From assembly GCA_902464275.1 (NCBI GenBank), contig CABQIK010000002.1:14-64013 (forward strand): a stretch of 64,000 bases of DNA, written 5' to 3'. Made by a program: the position numbers and the translations under genes. The notes under the pieces were generated by a model that did no database searches, was not told the origin of the DNA, and saw only the letters and a program-made list of their open reading frames with translations. How positions within the stretch are numbered: position 1 is the first letter of the stretch; each line of letters opens with the position of its first letter. This document shows, one piece after another, positions 58,326-64,000 of this stretch. This stretch comes from an uncultured Alphaproteobacteria bacterium (GTDB lineage Bacteria > Pseudomonadota > Alphaproteobacteria > RF32 > CAG-239).

Positions 58326-59507
58326 ATGAAGAGAATAATAGCGTTAATTGACTGCGATTGCTTTTTTGTTTCATGCGAACGGGTGGACAATCCTGATTTG
58401 CAAAACAAACCGGTGTGCGTTATGACCGGCGGCGACCGAGGCATTATTGTTTCGCGTTCCATTGAGGCCAAAGCTTTAGGCATTAAAATGGGCGCGCCGT
58501 ATTTTAAGGTTAAAGTTGAGCAGCCGGAGGCAATATGTCTGCCCGCCCGTCACTATCTTTATCGCCAGATTTCCGAAAAAGTGATGAACGTTATCCGCTC
58601 TTTTACTCCTGATGTGGAAGTTGTATCGGTTGATGAGGCTTTTACCGACCTTACCGGACTTAATAAAGTGCACCGCTCCACCTACACACAGCTGATTACG
58701 GATATCCGCACCGCTGTATTAAAACAAACCGGAATTCCGGTTTCAATCGGGCTTTGCTCATCAAAAACTTTGGCTAAACTTGCGAGCGATAAAGCTAAAA
58801 AATGCGGCGGAATTTATGTAATAAGGCCGGAAACAGAGGCTATTTTACAAAAAGTCGGTAATGATTTTATTGATACGGTAAGCGGCATCGGGCGTGAAAA
58901 CACCAAACATCTGCGCTTGAATAACATCGTGACCATTAAAGATTTTGTCAGCAAAGACGATGCCTGGCTGCGCAAAGCTTTCGGCATTAACGGCGTTAGC
59001 TTAAAGCATGAGCTTTTAGGAGAAACGGTTTCTGCTGTAAATTCTAAACCGGAACCGCCGCAATCAATTCAAGACACCAAAGCATTTGCGGATTTTTCAT
59101 GCAACTTAGAGTTTTTACATTCCACCTTAGCGGCGCATATTCATAACTCTTCAAAAAAACTGCGAATGTGGAACGGATATTGCGCTCATATTTCCGTTAT
59201 GCTGCGCACTAAAGATTTTGCGGTTTTTGAAGCCGATGAAAAATTGCAAAAGCCTACCAATTCAGAAAAAACCTTGCGCGACGCCGCCCACCGCATTTTA
59301 GACCGACTTTTCAGGCGCGGCGTTATTTATCGAGCAAGCGGAGTTACTTTAGGTGATTTAAGCTTTGGCAAAAAACAACAATTTTCATTGTTTGACAATT
59401 TAGAGCCGGAAGACGATAAACTGTCGCATATTATAGATTCGTTAGAAGAAAAATTCGGCTCCGGAATAATTAAAATCGGCGCACCTGACAAAAAAGCAGA
59501 AAAATAA
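58326..59507 (+). CDS. Y-family DNA polymerase (UmuC-like)
   Basis: MKRIIALIDCDCFFVSCERVDNPDLQNKPVCVMTGGDRGIIVSRSIEAKALGIKMGAPYFK, compare UmuC ...GCVIARNAEAKALGVKMGDPWFK. Start at the ATG following the LexA box. Confidence 0.75.
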   Translation: MKRIIALIDCDCFFVSCERVDNPDLQNKPVCVMTGGDRGIIVSRSIEAKALGIKMGAPYFKVKVEQPEAICLPARHYLYRQISEKVMNVIRSFTPDVEVVSVDEAFTDLTGLNKVHRSTYTQLITDIRTAVLKQTGIPVSIGLCSSKTLAKLASDKAKKCGGIYVIRPETEAILQKVGNDFIDTVSGIGRENTKHLRLNNIVTIKDFVSKDDAWLRKAFGINGVSLKHELLGETVSAVNSKPEPPQSIQDTKAFADFSCNLEFLHSTLAAHIHNSSKKLRMWNGYCAHISVMLRTKDFAVFEADEKLQKPTNSEKTLRDAAHRILDRLFRRGVIYRASGVTLGDLSFGKKQQFSLFDNLEPEDDKLSHIIDSLEEKFGSGIIKIGAPDKKAEK

Positions 59508-59534
59508 TTATATATTCTTTTAAGGAGATATATA

Positions 59535-60032
59535 ATGCCGGTTTTCGTTAATGATAAAATGCAAAATAACTATGTATATGAGCGGGTTTCACCAGAAGGC
59601 AAAAATTTTGCCCCTGATTTTAAGCCTGAACTTTCACCGATACAAATGCTTGCTATGGGGGTGTTTGAAGGGCATTACTTAAATGATTGCCTATATGAAT
59701 TTCCTGAAAATTGGTTTACAGGTGCGCGATTGTCATTAAATAAACCGGATATAAATTGCAACTGTTTTCAAATAAAATCACGTCTTTCCTTGCAGGAATG
59801 GCGGCGCAAAGGTTGGATATTATATCCTGATCCGCGCGGTTGGTTTCAGTGGTATTGCCGATATTATAGCGGCAGACGTATTCCTGAAATTGATATTGTG
59901 CAAATAAATCGCTGGAAGGCGTTTCGGCGGCATTTGGCACAAATTGAGCATAATTGCGCGCAATTTGACTTTGAATGTCGCCCCAAACAACGCCAGGCTT
60001 TATTGCAGTGGGCATACAATCCGCTGTTTTAA
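59535..60032 (+). CDS. hypothetical Trp/Cys-rich protein, probably co-transcribed with the Y-family polymerase
   Basis: AAGGAG RBS 7 nt before the ATG; 165 aa; no recognised motif. Confidence 0.45.
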   Translation: MPVFVNDKMQNNYVYERVSPEGKNFAPDFKPELSPIQMLAMGVFEGHYLNDCLYEFPENWFTGARLSLNKPDINCNCFQIKSRLSLQEWRRKGWILYPDPRGWFQWYCRYYSGRRIPEIDIVQINRWKAFRRHLAQIEHNCAQFDFECRPKQRQALLQWAYNPLF

Positions 60033-60038
60033 TCAATA

Positions 60039-60130
60039 CAACTTATGCACAGCACGGACTCGTAAATATTGCAAAAAAAAAACGCGGAGTAAAATCTTCT
60101 TAAATTAACTGTTTTGAGGAGATTTTTAAT
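60039..60130 (+). promoter_or_regulatory. conserved pilin-family upstream element (variant: cgcggagtaaaatc)
   Basis: caacttatgcacagcacggactcgtaaatattgcaA10cgcggagtaaaatcttc...gaggag. Confidence 0.55.
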
Positions 60131-60886
60131 ATGAAATCACATTTTAGCCGCTTTTTACACATCACATCGTCATATTCGGGCTTGACCCGAATATCCAGGT
60201 GGAAAAAATTTGCTACTTGGTTTGACCTGGACACTCCGGTCAAGCCCGATAATGACAGCTTGTGTGCTGGTCGGTCTATGGTGGAAATGCTTGGCGTTCT
60301 GGCAATTATCGGAGTCTTATCCGTCGGGGCGATTGCCGGATACAGTAAAGCGATGTTTAAGTACAAATTAAATCAGCATGCACAAGCGGTTAATATGTTG
60401 ATAAATAATGCGCTTTCAATTAAAGATCAATTACAACATAAACTTAACGCGACCACATATTACGGAACCCTGTTGCACAAAATGAATCTGTTACCCGACG
60501 GTATAGAATATATTTCTGATACCACATTAAAAGAAAAGTATTTCAATAGCAATATTATGGTTTATTATATGCATAAGGAAGGTTTTGAAGACTTTGGCGG
60601 AATAGAGTTTAGCTTCAATCCCACAGCACAAGGTGCGGAAGTTTGCCGCAACATTGCATTTGCCGCCAAAGAAAATGCCGCTAATTTATGGGAGCTTGAA
60701 ACATATAAATATTTTAATGACACAACTTCAGGTGACGGTAAATTCATCGGGCATATATACGGTGATTCCTATTGTACAGAAGAAAAAAGCTGCCTGCGTG
60801 ATTTGGACTTAAACAAAATAGAAAAATTGTGCAACGATTGCAATGAAAAACGTTGCATGTTGTATGTTTTGTGGGAAAACCGCTAA
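60131..60886 (+). CDS. type IV pilin-like protein, paralog 10, with a ~123-bp in-frame palindromic insertion in the leader (leader 47 aa instead of 6)
   Basis: MKS[HFSRFLHITSSYSGLTRISRWKKFATWFDLDTPVKPDNDSLCA]G|RSMVEM.... Insertion bounded by the 11-bp IR cgggcttgacc (60177-87) / ggtcaagcccg (60238-48), with an inner IR tccaggt / acctgga. The mature part is subfamily B. Confidence 0.65.
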   Translation: MKSHFSRFLHITSSYSGLTRISRWKKFATWFDLDTPVKPDNDSLCAGRSMVEMLGVLAIIGVLSVGAIAGYSKAMFKYKLNQHAQAVNMLINNALSIKDQLQHKLNATTYYGTLLHKMNLLPDGIEYISDTTLKEKYFNSNIMVYYMHKEGFEDFGGIEFSFNPTAQGAEVCRNIAFAAKENAANLWELETYKYFNDTTSGDGKFIGHIYGDSYCTEEKSCLRDLDLNKIEKLCNDCNEKRCMLYVLWENR

Positions 60887-60889
60887 ATA

Positions 60890-60979
60890 CAACTTATGCA
60901 CAGCACGGACTCGTAAATATTGCAAAAAAAAAACGCGGAGTAAAATCTTCTCAAAACTAACTTTTTGAGGAGATTTTTT
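60890..60979 (+). promoter_or_regulatory. conserved pilin-family upstream element, starting 3 nt after the stop of paralog 10
   Basis: caacttatgcacagcacggactcgtaaatattgcaA10cgcggagtaaaatcttc...gaggag. Confidence 0.55.
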
Positions 60980-61687
60980 ATGTTTATTCTAAAAAATAAT
61001 CCAAGCCTGCGGAGAATGAGTCAGATGCGACGGAATTTTGGAGCGACTTGTACACAAAAAGGTACACGAGCGAGAAAATCCCTAGTAGATGACCATTATA
61101 CGCAGGCCCTAGGGCGGTCTATGGTGGAAATGCTGGGAGTTCTTGCCATTATCGGGGTACTGTCGGTTGGGGCGATTGCCGGATATAGTAAGGCGATGAT
61201 GAAGTATAAATTAAATAAGCAATCAGAGCAATTAACTCAAATTCTGTTTTCATTAGAACATTACCGCGAAATGCTTGGCCGCGACCGCAACAATATTGCA
61301 ACAAACACTTCTATAATCACTTTGCTCACCAAACTGAACGCCATTCCGCTTGAAATGATTAGACCGAATGATAATTTACAAATTTACGATGTTTTTGGTA
61401 ATCGTGTCAGTATTAGCTATTACGGAAACGGTTATTCTTATAACCTTGCGGTTTATTATCAACCCGACCAATATGATGTTTGCAATAATGTGTTTGAGCT
61501 GATTAAAGCCAATAGCGAAAAACTTTACTCTGTGGGTGTTAAACTAGATCAAACCGGTGATTTTGCTTCTCCGGCGTTATATGGAAAAACTATAAACAAT
61601 ATCAACAAAAGCGATATTTATGATTACTGCGCTTTATGCAAAAGCGGTCCTCGCTGCCGTGTTTCCGCCAATTTCAAATTTGAGTAA
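60980..61687 (+). CDS. type IV pilin-like protein, paralog 11 (divergent), with a ~117-bp in-frame palindromic insertion in the leader
   Basis: M[FILKNNPSLRRMSQMRRNFGATCTQKGTRARKSLVDDHYTQAL]G|RSMVEMLGVLAIIGVL...AGYSKAMMKYKLNK. Insertion has terminal IR gcctgcg (61004-10) / cgcaggc (61101-07). The track N-terminal extension is rejected. Confidence 0.6.
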   Translation: MFILKNNPSLRRMSQMRRNFGATCTQKGTRARKSLVDDHYTQALGRSMVEMLGVLAIIGVLSVGAIAGYSKAMMKYKLNKQSEQLTQILFSLEHYREMLGRDRNNIATNTSIITLLTKLNAIPLEMIRPNDNLQIYDVFGNRVSISYYGNGYSYNLAVYYQPDQYDVCNNVFELIKANSEKLYSVGVKLDQTGDFASPALYGKTINNINKSDIYDYCALCKSGPRCRVSANFKFE

Positions 61688-61757
61688 AAAACAAAACAGA
61701 ACATATTAAATTATCGTAACAATACACAAAGAGCCTTGATTTTTCAAGGCTTTAAAA

Positions 61758-62307
61758 TGGTGCCGGTTATGTGACTTGAACACACGACCCACGCTATTTA
61801 GAATGCGGCGAGGATAAAAATTGCTCCGGTGGAGCAATTTTTGACGCAGCGGGATAGTTTGTCGCCAAGGCGGCAAGCGACAGCGCAGGAGCCGCGGCGT
61901 TACAAACAGACTGACCGCAGCGAGTTAGCGATTGACCGCAGGGCAGAGCTTACGAGCCAGAGCTAGCAACGCAAAAATCCCCGTTGCTTTAGCGGCGGGG
62001 ATTTTTACTTAAAAGGTATCTCTTAAAAAAACTGGTGCCGGTTATGTGACTTGAACACACGACCCACGCCATTTAGAATGCGGCGAGGATAAAAATTGCT
62101 CCGGTGGAGCAATTTTTGACGCAGCGGGATAGTTTGTCGCCAAGGCGGCAAGCGACAGCGCAGGAGCCGCGGCGTTACAAACAGACTGACCGCAGCGAGT
62201 TAGCGATTGACCGCAGGGCAGAGCTTACGAGCCAGAGCTAGCAACGCAAAAATCCCCGTTGCTTTAGCGGCGGGGATTTTTACTTAAAAGGTATCTCTTA
62301 AAAAAAC
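61758..62307. repeat. tandem direct repeat, 275-bp unit x2 (61758-62032, 62033-62307). Each unit begins with a 38-nt exact copy, plus ~15 nt degenerate, of the 3' half of the adjacent tRNA-Thr
   Basis: Period measured from tggtgccgg at 61758, 62033 and 62308. Units differ by only a few substitutions. The non-coding body carries two hairpin+T-run structures (ttgctccggtggagcaa+ttttt; aaaatccccg...cggggatttt). Confidence 0.85.
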
Positions 62308-62383
<76 letters not shown>

Positions 62384-62521
62384 GCTGTTCTTAAATTACA
62401 TAAACCGACCTAAAAATCAAGTATTATTTTTGTACAAAAATTTTATCTTTTGTACAAAGTTCTTTACTTCAGGCATAAACAGCGGTATAGTATGCCCAAT
62501 AACAAACAAATTTTGTAAATT

Positions 62522-63148
62522 ATGAAAAAAATAAAAGTATTCTCCTCCGCTTTGGAGATACGCCCTGCCAGTACCATTTTCGGTACGGAATTTCAGGCTG
62601 TAAAGCTCAGTTTTGAGCAGGCAATGGCTTTCAACTCGGGATTTCACTCATTTGAGCACATGTTGGGAACCTATGGAAAATCAAAGGTTTTAAGGCTTGG
62701 CGAACAATATGACGGTTATGTGGCCGTATATTACAACAAATGGCAACAAGACGTAATAAGGTTGCGCGGCGCAGTTGTGCATTTTTCAGAATCTGAGATT
62801 CTCAACATGATGCCTTCAGCCTTGCGTGATGCCGCACTCAAAAATGCCGCCTACAAAGTTGTTTACAACACTGCCGGCGGAGAGCAAGTTCAGGGAGCTG
62901 CGCTATATGTGTGGACATTCAGCGGCTGTAACTTTGCCAGGCATATTCACGCCCTGCAAACGGAAAGAAAGATGTCGCTTTCTATCTGTCCTGACGTCTT
63001 AGACGCGAGCATCAAGAACAAAATTTTCCAGTCACTGACCGCCGATGAGGCCGTCAGCATTACGGAAGATGAAGATGATGTTTTGCTAAGCTATCTCGGT
63101 AAACCTTTTTACATGAAGTTCATTGTTGAAGTTCCCGATGAGGAATAA
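62522..63148 (+). CDS. hypothetical protein (208 aa, acidic C-terminus)
   Basis: Long ORF followed by the terminator at 63169-63204; no recognised domain. Confidence 0.45.
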   Translation: MKKIKVFSSALEIRPASTIFGTEFQAVKLSFEQAMAFNSGFHSFEHMLGTYGKSKVLRLGEQYDGYVAVYYNKWQQDVIRLRGAVVHFSESEILNMMPSALRDAALKNAAYKVVYNTAGGEQVQGAALYVWTFSGCNFARHIHALQTERKMSLSICPDVLDASIKNKIFQSLTADEAVSITEDEDDVLLSYLGKPFYMKFIVEVPDEE

Positions 63149-63168
63149 AGCAAAACCGCCTTGATGCA

Positions 63169-63204
63169 AAACCCCGCTAACATATTATTTAGCGGGGTTT
63201 TTAC
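63169..63204. terminator. bidirectional rho-independent terminator (aaaccccgct...agcggggttt + T-run)
   Basis: 10-bp stem hairpin between convergent genes. Confidence 0.6.
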
Positions 63205-63222
63205 TGTAAGCCGTATAAATTA

Positions 63223-63924
63223 TCAGCGCGAATGATTATTTTTTAATGACAATGCCAAAGCGCCGGTTTGGTACTGATTAATCAGAGTTTGTAATTTTTT
63301 AGCTCCAAATTTTTCAGCATAACTGTATACCCTGTCCGTAAAATATGATTTAGGCTGATTTTCAATACCAAAAATTTTACTTTCTAAAATTTGCTGCGCT
63401 CGTTGCACATCTTCTGAAGGCACACGCTTTTCCGTTTGCGCATAAAGCTTGGCAAAAGCTTGCGCAAAATTGTTAATTGACGGCAACACCGGTAAAAATT
63501 TGCGCTCTGCAAAAACATCTGCCGCCGCTGACAACATTTTATCATCGGCTTTAGCATAATTTACGTTTTGCAAATTGATGTTTTTATCGCTGAACATAGC
63601 AAACAATTCAGGGCTTTTAAGTGCCAAAGCTTTGCTGCTCCATGTGCTTTCTGCGCGGTTTAAGGCTTCGCTTTGATTTTTGTTAAAAGGCCATTTTTCC
63701 CACTTGCCAATACTTTCAGGGTCATCCGGTTTGCGGATAGGCATGCCATGCTGCATTGCTGAAAATATATCTTTAACCAGTTGTTCATTATTTTGTGCAA
63801 GCGCATAATCCAACAAAAAATTATTGTGCTTATCAACGGCAAACAACACATTTTGCGGAACTTTGGCGGCATCAAAATCGCCGGATTCAATTTGCTTGCA
63901 ACAATCGGCAAAAGCGGTTTGCAT
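63223..63924 (-). CDS. hypothetical protein (233 aa)
   Basis: Long ORF with no recognised domain. Confidence 0.4.
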   Translation of the reverse strand: MQTAFADCCKQIESGDFDAAKVPQNVLFAVDKHNNFLLDYALAQNNEQLVKDIFSAMQHGMPIRKPDDPESIGKWEKWPFNKNQSEALNRAESTWSSKALALKSPELFAMFSDKNINLQNVNYAKADDKMLSAAADVFAERKFLPVLPSINNFAQAFAKLYAQTEKRVPSEDVQRAQQILESKIFGIENQPKSYFTDRVYSYAEKFGAKKLQTLINQYQTGALALSLKNNHSR

Positions 63925-64000
63925 ATCGTTTATATAATTTTGATATTTGTTGGCATATACTGCGCCGGCATTGGTAACCTGCGTGGCAAGCTCTTGTTTT

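Noticed and set aside
59535-60032. UmuD or ImuA identity for the ORF downstream of the Y-family polymerase
   Set aside because: It has no LexA-like Ala-Gly/Ser-Lys cleavage motifs and no RecA fold, and it sits downstream rather than upstream. It is kept as an unknown partner.
61758-62307. CRISPR array
   Set aside because: The repeats are 275 bp, directly abutting with no unique spacers, and contain a tRNA 3' fragment. The 33-bp x3 tandem at 904-996 likewise has no spacers. No cas genes are present.

Overview
This 64-kb window reads as a gene-dense chromosomal segment from an alphaproteobacterium-like genome of roughly 40-45% GC. The main supports for that assignment are the minus-strand order lptG-lptD-surA-rsmA (no pdxA), the SPOR-nagZ-tatA neighbourhood, and a GTTC-N7-GTTC LexA-type box in front of a Y-family polymerase. 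Recognisable housekeeping genes include infA, gloB, nfu, murJ, rlmH, rsmA, surA, lptD, lptG, grpE, the cdd-PNP-deoA nucleoside salvage operon, an AsmA-family giant protein, galU, prmA, an aminopeptidase P, an acyl-ACP thioesterase, xerC/D, rpmG, ctpA, xthA, nagZ, rsfS, obgE, rpmA, rplU, a GT2 glycosyltransferase and a UmuC-like polymerase. There are two tRNAs, Val-GAC on the plus strand and Thr-CGT on the minus strand.

The standout feature is a dispersed family of 11 paralogous type IV pilin-like genes, all on the plus strand and wedged between unrelated housekeeping operons. Each carries the same ~95-bp upstream element with an A10 tract between candidate -35 and -10 hexamers and a GAGGAG Shine-Dalgarno. 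Each also has a near-identical 35-residue prepilin N-terminus (G|RSMVEMLGVLAIIGVL with Glu+5). The central domains are hypervariable and the C-terminal Cys scaffold is conserved. Synonymous sites between paralogs are saturated while the non-coding upstream element is nearly invariant, so the family is old and under strong constraint rather than homogenised by recent gene conversion.

Several repeat families decorate this system:
- A MITE-like element with ~20-bp terminal inverted repeats sits just upstream of some pilin promoters.
- In-frame ~120-bp palindromic (RPE-like) insertions lie in the leader peptides of two adjacent paralogs.
- A related palindromic element is intergenic.
- A family of small non-coding elements is attached to tRNA 3' ends: a 275-bp unit in tandem x2 at tRNA-Thr, each unit starting with a copy of the tRNA 3' half, and a homologous element flanked by 81-82-nt direct repeats at tRNA-Val.

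Other accessory content:
- a HEPN/MNT toxin-antitoxin pair between two pilin paralogs;
- a Fic protein next to the tRNA-Val element and a tyrosine recombinase;
- a stand-alone GlgA-like GT5 synthase;
- a secreted HExxH protein;
- several hypothetical proteins behind a near-consensus sigma70 promoter.

No rRNA, CRISPR array or intact prophage was seen.
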